Shown: positions 1-8,382 of the stretch, piece by piece
How the letters are laid out: every line of letters starts with the position of its first letter
Numbering within the stretch: position 1 is the first letter of the stretch
Origin: a virus
IMG/VR virus record: IMGVR_UViG_3300025101_000019
Span: 64,001-128,000 of that record
DNA length: 64,000 nt
Direction: 5' to 3' (one strand)
Made by a program: the position numbers and the translations under genes
Notes under the pieces: generated by a model
Database searches by the model: none
Told to the model about the DNA's origin: nothing
What the model saw: the letters and a program-made list of their open reading frames with translations, nothing else

Positions 1-173
1 ATAACATTATCTTGAGTGTCTATTCCATAATCAAAATGTCTGAAGTGTTTTCTGTCAGGGTCTTTATCTGGTGCTGATGCTTGTTTTCTTTCAGCCTCAC
101 TTAACTCTTTATCATATCTAACTTCAAGTTCGTCTTGACTTGTAGTTGTCTCATTTCCGTATAATTCGTCCAT
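1..173 (-). CDS. partial CDS running off the window edge; possibly ClpP-like protease N-terminus
   Basis: Hand-translated open frame MDELYGNETTTSQDELEVRYDK...HFRHFDYGIDTQDNV directly downstream of the promoter at 194-225. ClpP resemblance is weak. Confidence 0.45.
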   Translation of the reverse strand, partial: MDELYGNETTTSQDELEVRYDKELSEAERKQASAPDKDPDRKHFRHFDYGIDTQDNV

Positions 174-193
174 AGGTTTAATTATAATTTATA

Positions 194-225
194 CTAATAT
201 ACAACATTTATTTGTAATTACCAAA
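194..225 (-). promoter_or_regulatory. Bacteroidota-type housekeeping-sigma promoter
   Basis: Minus strand TTTGG-N19-TATATTAG. Confidence 0.75.
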
Positions 226-240
226 TCTTATTGATGTTAT

Positions 241-1368
241 TTAAAGATTTCTCCATGCAGCGGTCTTCGAAGTACCCTTAGTTATATTTTCAGAAGGTAC
301 TTTTTTAATTACAGGTGGTTCATTCTCACCATATAGTTCTTTTGCATCTTCGTTTGGTACAAATCTAACTTGTTCATTATCATCAAAAGTTCTTACTTGA
401 TTTTCTGGTTGACTTTCTTCCAAAACTTCTTGTACTTCTTCTTGTTGAGGTTCTGATGGTTCTTCCTCATCTTCTTCATCTTCTTCAACAATGGGTTCGT
501 GAGAATCACTATCAGGGGGAGTCCCACCATTCCCATCATGTATAATATTGCCTGTGCCGTTGTCATCTTTTCTTCCTAATAATTTATTTAATGCAATTAC
601 CATAGCGATTGCTAATGGGTCAAAAACAAATACTATTAATAATGTAAACCAATTAACAATTACATTCATTGGCTTCTCAGTTAACTCTGCCATATATCTA
701 AGTGGACCTATCTCAGCTGCCACTTCGTTATTTGATTCAATATCTAATACTTGTAATTCAAGTTTTGTAATTGAGTCAGTTAATTGTTCAAGTTTCACAT
801 TTATACCTGCCCTTGTTTCTACTGCGGTATTTAATTCTTTCGTTAACAACTTTCGAGTTGAGGAAGATTGTGTTGTAATAATTCTACCCAATGTATCTGT
901 ATATTGTATTTTGTTATTAGAGATACCATTCCTCAAGTCAAGGATAGATTTTGTTAAATTACTTTTTTCTATATTGTAATAATCAAGTTGTTCTTGGAAT
1001 CGGTCTTTCTTTAACTCAATTACTTTAACTTGTTTTTCTACAATTCCCAATTGGTCTGCGGTTGTTTGATATGCTGATGTTAAGAATCCGTAGATACCTA
1101 ATGATGTAATCACCATCAGTATACCAACTGCAAGAGTTAGATACCATTTCATCCACCCTGCTTTACTCCAATTATTATGTAGGTATGATGCGGTAACAAG
1201 TTTTGCTACTTCTAATGCACCTGCCATAACGATAACTTCAAACTTAGCCCCTGCGAACAAAGAACTCAATCCAAATACTGAATAATAAGCTGCAGAACCT
1301 GCTACTGAGAAGGTACTGATAATCATTAATAGGATGAACCCATTTGACCTGTTGAAAAGTTTTTTCAT
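241..1368 (-). CDS. membrane protein with coiled-coil and acidic C-terminal tail
   Basis: Three N-terminal TM segments, long heptad region, a further TM, E/D-rich tail. Confidence 0.7.
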   Translation of the reverse strand: MKKLFNRSNGFILLMIISTFSVAGSAAYYSVFGLSSLFAGAKFEVIVMAGALEVAKLVTASYLHNNWSKAGWMKWYLTLAVGILMVITSLGIYGFLTSAYQTTADQLGIVEKQVKVIELKKDRFQEQLDYYNIEKSNLTKSILDLRNGISNNKIQYTDTLGRIITTQSSSTRKLLTKELNTAVETRAGINVKLEQLTDSITKLELQVLDIESNNEVAAEIGPLRYMAELTEKPMNVIVNWFTLLIVFVFDPLAIAMVIALNKLLGRKDDNGTGNIIHDGNGGTPPDSDSHEPIVEEDEEDEEEPSEPQQEEVQEVLEESQPENQVRTFDDNEQVRFVPNEDAKELYGENEPPVIKKVPSENITKGTSKTAAWRNL

Positions 1369-1528
1369 TTTTTTTCCTAAAAATTGGTTTTACTAACTTT
1401 TAAAATTGTACTTATATAAGACAAAGTCGCTAAGTCGCTAAGCTTCACCCGTACTTAAGTACTCTATAAATATCAAAAGTAAAAATAATAAAACAAATAA
1501 AAACAAGCTTTCCCCATAGTTGTGCCCT

Positions 1529-2431
1529 TTAGTGTCTACTAAAATTGGAAAGATAATTTAGAACTGTCAGTTCTTTTGCCTTAGCTTCAACCACAATATC
1601 AAGGTCATGACCATAAGTTTTGATTTCAGAGTACAAATAATCTGAATGTGCCTGTGCTCGTGCAGTCTCATCCTCAAGTGTTTTTGACTCAGAGTAATGA
1701 ACAACTGGTTTGATATCACCCCAAGTGGACATCGCCAACTCCAATGCCTCTTGTTCTGATAACCCACCTGTATTGAATGTATGGTGGTGATAATCAAAGA
1801 CAATTGGAATACCAATCCTTTCGTGTATATACATTAAGTCCTTGACAGAATACATACTTGCCTTGTCATCATTCTCAACAGTAAGTCGTGTCTGAACAGA
1901 TTCAGGCAACTTCTCAAAGTTTTTACAGAACCTATCCATAGCGGACATCTTATCACCATACACACCATTACAATGAATATTGATTTTGTTGTAAGGAGTA
2001 CGAGACAATCCCATCAAGTCAAATATCTCACCATGAATGGTTAAGTCTCTAAGAGTATTGTTTACTACTCGTTCATTTGGTGATACAAGAACATTGAATG
2101 GGCCAGGATGAGATGTGATTCGTTGACCATACTTTTCTGCCAGATTACCTGCTCCCTTGAGGAGTGTAGATATCTTACGATAATCAGGCATATCTGATAA
2201 CTTGAACTCACTAGCCCAAGGAACTAAATCAGAGGTCATACGGAACAGATTGAATCCGTTCTGATGATTCCACTTGATAATCTCAATAAGGTCTCTTGTG
2301 TTTTGTAATGCGAGGTCTGATGACCTTGTGATTCCTTCCTTAAGGAATGTTCGTTTAATCATACTACGATTTGTAGTAATCTTGTTTTTGCGTAGTGTCA
2401 TATTGATACACGCGTAACCTAAGTTTGTCAT
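1529..2431 (-). CDS. uvsE: UV DNA damage endonuclease (UVDE/UvsE)
   Basis: LGYACIN, HPGPF, ENDDK, FDYHHH, HYSES, AHSD, EAKAKE motifs. Confidence 0.95.
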   Translation of the reverse strand: MTNLGYACINMTLRKNKITTNRSMIKRTFLKEGITRSSDLALQNTRDLIEIIKWNHQNGFNLFRMTSDLVPWASEFKLSDMPDYRKISTLLKGAGNLAEKYGQRITSHPGPFNVLVSPNERVVNNTLRDLTIHGEIFDLMGLSRTPYNKINIHCNGVYGDKMSAMDRFCKNFEKLPESVQTRLTVENDDKASMYSVKDLMYIHERIGIPIVFDYHHHTFNTGGLSEQEALELAMSTWGDIKPVVHYSESKTLEDETARAQAHSDYLYSEIKTYGHDLDIVVEAKAKELTVLNYLSNFSRH

Positions 2432-2452
2432 TTTTTATTATTTAATTATTAT

Positions 2453-2484
2453 ACAATATACGAAAATTATTTTACAATTCCAAA
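2453..2484 (-). promoter_or_regulatory. Bacteroidota-type promoter for uvsE
   Basis: TTTGG-N19-TATATTGT. Confidence 0.75.
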
Positions 2485-2485
2485 T

Positions 2486-2932
2486 TTAAAAGTTACCATC
2501 TGCAACTTGAAAACAAGTAATACCATTTGCTCTCCACATATCGACAACTTTGTTTCTATCATCGAATGTACAGAGAACATTGTCTTTACCAATATCGTTT
2601 AACCAATCTTGTTTTAAGATATCATCGGGAGTAAAATCCTTCAAAGGTCTCATAAACAATCTGCTCCAAGGAACTTTGTGTTTGTTTAACCACGACTTGG
2701 TAGTGTGAATAGTACCTTTACTTCTACCACTAAAGATAATAATCTTGTGGTCAGTAGACGCCAACATCTGTGCCATCTTTATAACAGGTATATTAGGTTT
2801 ATCTAAATTTATATTTTTTGGGTCAAAGAATTTATCCCAATCCATTTTCCCATTTGGTTTAGTAGATATCTTTCTTCTATCATCGATAAGAGCGAGAGTA
2901 CCATCTAAATCAAAAATTACTATGTTCTTCAT
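2486..2932 (-). CDS. HAD phosphatase, polynucleotide kinase 3'-phosphatase (PseT C-terminal)-like
   Basis: DLDGT, SGR, K and DDR motifs. Confidence 0.85.
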   Translation of the reverse strand: MKNIVIFDLDGTLALIDDRRKISTKPNGKMDWDKFFDPKNINLDKPNIPVIKMAQMLASTDHKIIIFSGRSKGTIHTTKSWLNKHKVPWSRLFMRPLKDFTPDDILKQDWLNDIGKDNVLCTFDDRNKVVDMWRANGITCFQVADGNF

Positions 2933-2951
2933 ACTATTAAACTTTACATAG

Positions 2952-3007
2952 TAAAGATAATAAAAAAAGGGGACTCTGGCAAGCCCCCTATGTTAAGAAA
3001 TTGTTAA
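2952..3007 (-). promoter_or_regulatory. promoter with upstream TTAACA-N5-TTAACA repeat
   Basis: Repeat 2991-3007, then CTTGC-N19-TATCTTTA. Confidence 0.65.
2962..2989 (-). terminator. intrinsic terminator overlapping the promoter spacer
   Basis: AGGGG...CCCC stem followed by T7 on the minus strand, downstream of the hsp20 unit. Confidence 0.6.
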
Positions 3008-3207
3008 ATCTCATCGTACTCTACATCTGTAACTTCTTGGAGAAAATAGAAGTAACCATCACTTCCTTTGAGTACCATATCGCAGTTTAGATATTCTTTC
3101 CATGTTTCCACAATCGGTCTTCTTTCTTCATGGATTTTTCGAATGATTAAATATAGCGTATCATTATGTTGTAACTTCTTATATCTAAACCACGAATATG
3201 CTGACAT
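3004..3207 (-). CDS. hypothetical protein
   Basis: ORF in co-directional gene string. Confidence 0.6.
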   Translation of the reverse strand: MSAYSWFRYKKLQHNDTLYLIIRKIHEERRPIVETWKEYLNCDMVLKGSDGYFYFLQEVTDVEYDEI

Positions 3208-3212
3208 CTAAA

Positions 3213-3563
3213 CTACTTAACTTTTACTGTAATATTCTTTGCTTTCCTATCTTCATACTTTGGAATCTCAATATTAAGAAGACCATCCTTACAAACGGCT
3301 GATGTAGAACCTAAGTCGAAAGACTCGTGAATCTTATACTTTCTTTCAAGTTTACGATTATCCTTTTCAGCTTTGATTAAAAGATATCGGTCTTCAGTTT
3401 TCACATCAACATCTTTGTTTGATAGTCCAGGAACTTCCAACTCAATTTTCAAAACATCATCCTTAACCCAAGATGTTGGTGTTGAAATACTTTTTGCATC
3501 GGTGTCCCAATTTAACATTGAATCCATAACAGTATCAAAATTGCTATAAAATAAATTTGTCAT
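3213..3563 (-). CDS. small heat shock protein Hsp20
   Basis: Alpha-crystallin pattern ELEVPG...DGLLNIEIPK...ITV. Confidence 0.85.
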   Translation of the reverse strand: MTNLFYSNFDTVMDSMLNWDTDAKSISTPTSWVKDDVLKIELEVPGLSNKDVDVKTEDRYLLIKAEKDNRKLERKYKIHESFDLGSTSAVCKDGLLNIEIPKYEDRKAKNITVKVK

Positions 3564-3609
3564 AATAACCTTTTTTTAATTAAACATTAATTTCTTTGAT
3601 TATTATAGT

Positions 3610-3671
3610 ACCAATTGTGTACCAATCAACTATTTAGGAAATTTTGTCAGTTATAGTATGACAAAGTGTCA
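3610..3671 (-). promoter_or_regulatory. TGACA-N3-TGTCA palindrome(s) plus sigma54-like element upstream of hsp20
   Basis: Perfect palindrome 3659-3671, half site 3637-3649, TGGTACACAATTGGT at 3610-3624. Confidence 0.45.
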
Positions 3672-4070
3672 GTTTAAGGATATAGCTGGCCCTTGTTTTA
3701 TGACACGATACTTTCTTGTGTCCTCGAAACTCTCTTCAAGTTCTAACATTAAACCATCCATTTGAAACATTCGGATAGTATCATTCATCATCTTTTCGTT
3801 ATCACAAGTTATCCAAAGAGAATCGAAATCAAGTATAACACTAACCTTTGTAGTTTTAGGTTTGTCTTCGGGCTCTGGAATGAATTCGAACATAGGTTCA
3901 TCGAAATCCTCATCTTCGAAATCATCGTCCTCAAGTTCACCATAAAGGTAGTCATGCATATAATAGACTTTCGTCATATCATCTAAACTCATGAAGTAAT
4001 TAAATTCTGGCTCGTCCCATTCCATGATACTCCTTTTATTATAAGTATGACTCATGGCTTGTCTTTCCAC
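3669..4070 (-). CDS. acidic hypothetical protein (start may be 4026)
   Basis: ORF, D/E-rich. Confidence 0.6.
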   Translation of the reverse strand: MERQAMSHTYNKRSIMEWDEPEFNYFMSLDDMTKVYYMHDYLYGELEDDDFEDEDFDEPMFEFIPEPEDKPKTTKVSVILDFDSLWITCDNEKMMNDTIRMFQMDGLMLELEESFEDTRKYRVIKQGPAISLN

Positions 4071-4474
4071 AATTTATTTAGATATTCTAAACCTTCTTTA
4101 TTGATAATCGTATTATCTGCTTTTATAAAATCAATGTAGATATCAATTATGGTTTGTACAAACTCGCTGGTAAACCTATCCTTCATCTGGTTAAGTTTTG
4201 CCCCCATATTAACAACATAGTTAGTATCAGGCGCCTGCTCTGAGTCTATAAGAGAATGAATCTTGTTCTTAGCGATTGTGTAGTAGGGTTCTTTCTTAGC
4301 GACAACAACATCCCTAACTGATGCGACATAGGTTTCAAGGTCAGACTTCTCACCAAGCGTATCATCTGCCAACATATCAAATATGTCGGATGACGCGAAG
4401 TTCAAGTAATACTTGTCGTGCCTACGAGACTCCATTATCGAGTCTAAACAGAAAGGTAAATTTTTATCATTCAC
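4052..4474 (-). CDS. hypothetical protein
   Basis: ORF in gene string. Confidence 0.6.
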   Translation of the reverse strand: MNDKNLPFCLDSIMESRRHDKYYLNFASSDIFDMLADDTLGEKSDLETYVASVRDVVVAKKEPYYTIAKNKIHSLIDSEQAPDTNYVVNMGAKLNQMKDRFTSEFVQTIIDIYIDFIKADNTIINKEGLEYLNKLWKDKP

Positions 4475-4486
4475 TAATAAAAGATT

Positions 4487-4783
4487 TTATAATCCTAATC
4501 TATATTTTTTCTTAGACAACTCAACTGCCTCAAAACAAGTCATGGCTAATTTATTTAACTCGGCCATTGTTACTTCAAATTCCTTATTGTCTATTTGAAT
4601 GTAACCTACCTTAGTAGCTCCATGTGGGTGGTTTGAGAAATCAAATTGTTCGTGTACACGAAAATCTAAAGTGTTGTAGATATTTCCGTACTTCTTTTCG
4701 TTTCGTTCCTGTCTTTCTTGAGGAACTCCAAATGAGTGGTTTACATTACCATGCCTCACTTTGGTTTTATTATACTTTTTCAT
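4487..4783 (-). CDS. hypothetical protein
   Basis: ORF in gene string. Confidence 0.6.
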   Translation of the reverse strand: MKKYNKTKVRHGNVNHSFGVPQERQERNEKKYGNIYNTLDFRVHEQFDFSNHPHGATKVGYIQIDNKEFEVTMAELNKLAMTCFEAVELSKKKYRLGL

Positions 4784-4838
4784 AAGTAACTAATTGTTGG
4801 TTATATACCAATAAATAGTTTTCTCAATACTAATAAAG

Positions 4839-5141
4839 TTAATTTTTCTTACGATTTCTTCGAGAAATTCTATCAAACTTTTTTTCATCGAATTTCATGT
4901 CTTGTTTAAGTGGGTGTGTTCTGTTAAAATGTTGCTCTATCTGACAAGACCTACTTGCCCAATACCATGCATCATACACCTTCGATTGTGGTGGGATAAA
5001 TAACTCTTCACCCACCACAGTACCAATACCACTCGATATGTAAAACATACCACTTGAATTCATTTGAACCTTTGCGTTAGGATACTTCTTCCTAACCTTT
5101 CTTTGGAATGACTTAAACTTCCTCGTCTGAACTTTGTCCAT
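4839..5141 (-). CDS. basic hypothetical protein
   Basis: ORF in gene string. Confidence 0.6.
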   Translation of the reverse strand: MDKVQTRKFKSFQRKVRKKYPNAKVQMNSSGMFYISSGIGTVVGEELFIPPQSKVYDAWYWASRSCQIEQHFNRTHPLKQDMKFDEKKFDRISRRNRKKN

Positions 5142-5352
5142 TTACTTTGTTTTTTAAATTCTTAGTAAGACCTTTATGAATATGGCAGGTTGACAACTCC
5201 TTATTTACAGAGCATCTGTCAACCTTCTTACCATTTTCAAGGAGTACTTCATATACCAAACCTCGTTTTAGTTTAGTTCGTTTCGTCACCATTCCAACTC
5301 TAAAGTGGCCGTTTACTTTTAATATAACACTATCTCCTTTTTCGAATACCAT
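5113..5352 (-). CDS. hypothetical protein
   Basis: ORF with coupled start/stop. Confidence 0.6.
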   Translation of the reverse strand: MVFEKGDSVILKVNGHFRVGMVTKRTKLKRGLVYEVLLENGKKVDRCSVNKELSTCHIHKGLTKNLKNKVNGQSSDEEV

Positions 5353-5552
5353 TACTTTATAACCTTAATTATTTTTGTCTCAATTACAGAACCAACTTCG
5401 AACTCAATTCCTGAACCTTCGAAATCCTTTGTAACTTTCACCTCTGCGTCTGTAACAGACACTGCGTTAACAACATATTGTTCAGTTAACTTTTTTACTT
5501 TACCTTTGTCATCTGTGTGATGTACTTTTACTTTTGCGATGTAATACTTCAT
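5352..5552 (-). CDS. DUF4494-like protein (Bacteroidota family)
   Basis: YIAKVK...GKVKKLTEQYVVNAVSVTDAE...ETKIIKV pattern. Confidence 0.65.
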   Translation of the reverse strand: MKYYIAKVKVHHTDDKGKVKKLTEQYVVNAVSVTDAEVKVTKDFEGSGIEFEVGSVIETKIIKVIK

Positions 5553-5561
5553 AATTTAATT

Positions 5562-5780
5562 TTAATTGTTTAACATATTATCTAATTCTTGTTCATCAAC
5601 AAGTTTATATTCCCCATTTGGATTTTCCGAATGAGCGTCTTCATATATAGTGTGGTAGAAACTCACGAAGTGTCCTTCACCGATATCTACCTTTCCTGCA
5701 GGTATCACTACATACCCATAGTTCCCACCTTGGTCTTGCCAATACTTAGCATCCCTTGGGAATTCATTTAATTTTGCCAT
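5562..5780 (-). CDS. hypothetical protein
   Basis: ORF in gene string. Confidence 0.55.
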   Translation of the reverse strand: MAKLNEFPRDAKYWQDQGGNYGYVVIPAGKVDIGEGHFVSFYHTIYEDAHSENPNGEYKLVDEQELDNMLNN

Positions 5781-6111
5781 CTTTCATTTTTTTAATTAAT
5801 GTTCCTAAATCTCTACCTTTGTCGGTAGTCTTGTATGCTAACTTGCCATCTTCATTGACTACCATACTAACCAATCCTTTGTCTACTAAATTAGACAACG
5901 CCATATCAGTTTCGTATCTTTGATATGATTGGTACGCGTCCACAATAACTTCAGAAAGAAAGTCTTGTGATTGTGATGTTTTTAAACCTTGTTTGATATA
6001 GTCTGCGAACACATCCCAATCGTTTATATCAAAGTTACCTTCCATAAGTTCTGAGACTATTGTTGAGGTAAACTCTCTAAGTTCTGATTCACTCCACCTC
6101 ATCATGTTCAT
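5764..6111 (-). CDS. hypothetical protein, possible winged-helix
   Basis: C-terminal LSNLVDKGLV...YKTTDKGR resembles a wHTH wing. Confidence 0.5.
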   Translation of the reverse strand: MNMMRWSESELREFTSTIVSELMEGNFDINDWDVFADYIKQGLKTSQSQDFLSEVIVDAYQSYQRYETDMALSNLVDKGLVSMVVNEDGKLAYKTTDKGRDLGTLIKKMKDGKIK

Positions 6112-6382
6112 CTTTAAATTCTACTAAACTATCTAAATATTCCATTGAGTCAGAACTGCCTATTAGACAATCCACCTTCGGTCCGTTGTATCTATTCAAC
6201 ACCGACTCGGCGCCCCAATCTTCAACCATCTTTTTAAGTTCTTCTATGGTTGGTAAATGTACTTTATTAAATCCCATCTTTATTTTTTTTATCCCAAAAA
6301 TGTTTCTCGTTTTCTTTTCCCATCTTCTTGATTGAATCCCATTTCTTTTTATCAATAGTATCACCTCTAAGTGATGCGTCAA
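6089..6382 (-). CDS. hypothetical protein (start probably MGFNKVH near 6277)
   Basis: ORF; N-terminal part overlaps the neighbouring gene. Confidence 0.5.
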   Translation of the reverse strand: MTHHLEVILLIKRNGIQSRRWEKKTRNIFGIKKIKMGFNKVHLPTIEELKKMVEDWGAESVLNRYNGPKVDCLIGSSDSMEYLDSLVEFKDEHDEVE

Positions 6383-6548
6383 GGAAACTTATCTTTTTTA
6401 ATTCGTGTGAATTTAAAGGTCGACTCTTTGTTTTTAGATATGCTGATTTTGAATCGAGATATTCTAAGAACCAATCAAAATTATGTTGAGCCATCTCGTC
6501 AAGTTCTTTATCCGTAAGTGGATTTTCAGGGTCGTACTTTGTAGTCAT
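6267..6548 (-). CDS. hypothetical protein
   Basis: ORF directly downstream of promoter 6554-6585. Confidence 0.6.
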   Translation of the reverse strand: MTTKYDPENPLTDKELDEMAQHNFDWFLEYLDSKSAYLKTKSRPLNSHELKKISFLDASLRGDTIDKKKWDSIKKMGKENEKHFWDKKNKDGI

Positions 6549-6553
6549 AACTT

Positions 6554-6585
6554 TAAATATACAAAAATTTTACTTATTTACCAAA
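6554..6585 (-). promoter_or_regulatory. Bacteroidota-type promoter
   Basis: TTTGG-N19-TATATTTA. Confidence 0.7.
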
Positions 6586-7016
6586 CTTTGTCTCTTCAAT
6601 TTTTCAACGAGATAAAACTCATAGACTTGTTCTGCGTCCATTAGTCTACTCTTCATAACCTTATCCCAAAGACAAAATCCAAATTCTTTTTCTAATTCTT
6701 TTTTGAGAAGGTCTAATGTTTTTATTTCGTCACGATGACCTTCCTCATCTAATTTATTTGCTCGGACATTTTTCATATAAGACTTTTGTCTAGCCTCATT
6801 CACATATCCCCAATAGTCATTTGAATTTGGATTCTTATAGTAACCTTCCATCACCTCATCGTAAATGGCAGAGGCCAGCTGTCTTGCTGCCTCTGCCTCT
6901 GAGTAATAATGAGAGTAATCGAAATCACCATTGTTAATTCTTTCTATCAAGGATTTTTTTACTGATAGTTTTTTCTTCCTACCATTTGTCCACCATCTAA
7001 ATTTGTTATATCCCAT
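6570..7016 (-). CDS. hypothetical protein
   Basis: ORF in gene string. Confidence 0.6.
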   Translation of the reverse strand: MGYNKFRWWTNGRKKKLSVKKSLIERINNGDFDYSHYYSEAEAARQLASAIYDEVMEGYYKNPNSNDYWGYVNEARQKSYMKNVRANKLDEEGHRDEIKTLDLLKKELEKEFGFCLWDKVMKSRLMDAEQVYEFYLVEKLKRQSLVNK

Positions 7017-7019
7017 ATC

Positions 7020-8279
7020 TTAGTAAGGAGCTTCTACTTCATCAGTATTAAACAAATCTTCATTCTCTGGAACCTCACCCAAAAACTTTTGGATGAATTG
7101 TTTCATATAAACTCTTTCAGACTGAGCCCCACCACTTTGGTCAAACATTGGGTAGATAGTAATCTCAGCGGCTTCACCTAATTCGAAACCATCGTAGAGT
7201 AGAGAACCAATCTCAACTGCCGTTCTCGTAGACAATGCGTTACTAAGTTTTGGATTTTCAGACATCAAGTCACTTCTTGTCATTGAAGTAATCTCAGCAA
7301 CATTAGACAAAATGTTTTCATCAACCGAAGGATACATCATTTGAAGAAGTTGAGTTTCCTCTTCGTGAGTTAGAGTGTCCATTTCGATAACAGTAAATCT
7401 GTCTAACATCGCTCTGTCAAGAGCTCTTGTAGCGGTGTACTCATTACCGATGTTAGCCGATGCGATGAACGAAACACCATCAGCGACCTTGACAACAGGA
7501 GCGTCAGCCGCCTCATCTAATCTCAAGTATCTTTGACCTTGGTCAAGAACCGTCATCAGAATGTTGTGAGCCTCAGGGTGAGCTCTCGTCAACTCATCAA
7601 GAATGATAACAGTATTTGGTGTTTGAATTGCCTTAACAAAAGGTGAAGTGTTGAACACCGTACCTTGTTTGGAATCGAACTGAGTGTTACCAATCAGAGT
7701 TGTTCTTGGGTCTTGAGTAGAACCAAGGTTGATGATGAAGGTGTTATAACCTTCGAGTGAATTAGCCGCTGCTTTAGCCGCCATAGTTTTACCACAACCG
7801 GCAGGGCCAGTCATCATAATGTTTTTACCTCTAAGAATGTTTCTTACTAAGTACTTCCACTTTAGGGACTGCATGAATAACATCTTAGGTTTTAGACCTT
7901 CTGACTTTTCGTGAATGAAACTAAGAACATCAGAAGTCATCGCTTCAGTAGCGACAGAAACAGGTTCAGGTTTAGAATACTCAAGAGCGACAAGACCACC
8001 ATTAGGAGCGGTGAAGTTACCAACTGGCTCAAGGTTTTCTTCTACCTTAGATGCCGGAACTCTTGTGAAGTCAATCTTACCATCACTTAGTCTACCACTA
8101 ACTCTAACTTTGAACCCATACTTGTCGGGTCTTTTGAAGGATTGTCTTACCCTTTTGTAAAGGTTAGTACCTTCTTCATTGAACTCAGGAATCAAGAACT
8201 GCTTTCCTGCCGAATCTTCAAATAGAAACTTTCCATCTACTTGAACAATCTTTCCGAATACTGATTTTTGTGCTTTCAT
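7020..8279 (-). CDS. MoxR/CbbQ/CobS-like AAA+ ATPase
   Basis: Walker A GPAGCGKT, Walker B ILDE, sensor ASAN, LDRAMLDRF, STR. Confidence 0.9.
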   Translation of the reverse strand: MKAQKSVFGKIVQVDGKFLFEDSAGKQFLIPEFNEEGTNLYKRVRQSFKRPDKYGFKVRVSGRLSDGKIDFTRVPASKVEENLEPVGNFTAPNGGLVALEYSKPEPVSVATEAMTSDVLSFIHEKSEGLKPKMLFMQSLKWKYLVRNILRGKNIMMTGPAGCGKTMAAKAAANSLEGYNTFIINLGSTQDPRTTLIGNTQFDSKQGTVFNTSPFVKAIQTPNTVIILDELTRAHPEAHNILMTVLDQGQRYLRLDEAADAPVVKVADGVSFIASANIGNEYTATRALDRAMLDRFTVIEMDTLTHEEETQLLQMMYPSVDENILSNVAEITSMTRSDLMSENPKLSNALSTRTAVEIGSLLYDGFELGEAAEITIYPMFDQSGGAQSERVYMKQFIQKFLGEVPENEDLFNTDEVEAPY

Positions 8280-8326
8280 TATTTTTACTTTTTAATTATT
8301 AATTACTCTTATTACTTATTACTCTA

Positions 8327-8382
8327 CTAAAGTACGACATTAATTTGACAATTCCAAATTTCTAATGTTAAGAAATTGTTAA
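8327..8382 (-). promoter_or_regulatory. promoter with TTAACA-N5-TTAACA repeat
   Basis: Repeat 8366-8382, 7 nt gap, TTTGG-N19-TACTTTAG. Confidence 0.8.

Noticed and set aside
1424-1443. Short tandem repeat AAGTCGCT x2.5
   Set aside because: Single short duplication with no recurrence or associated feature.
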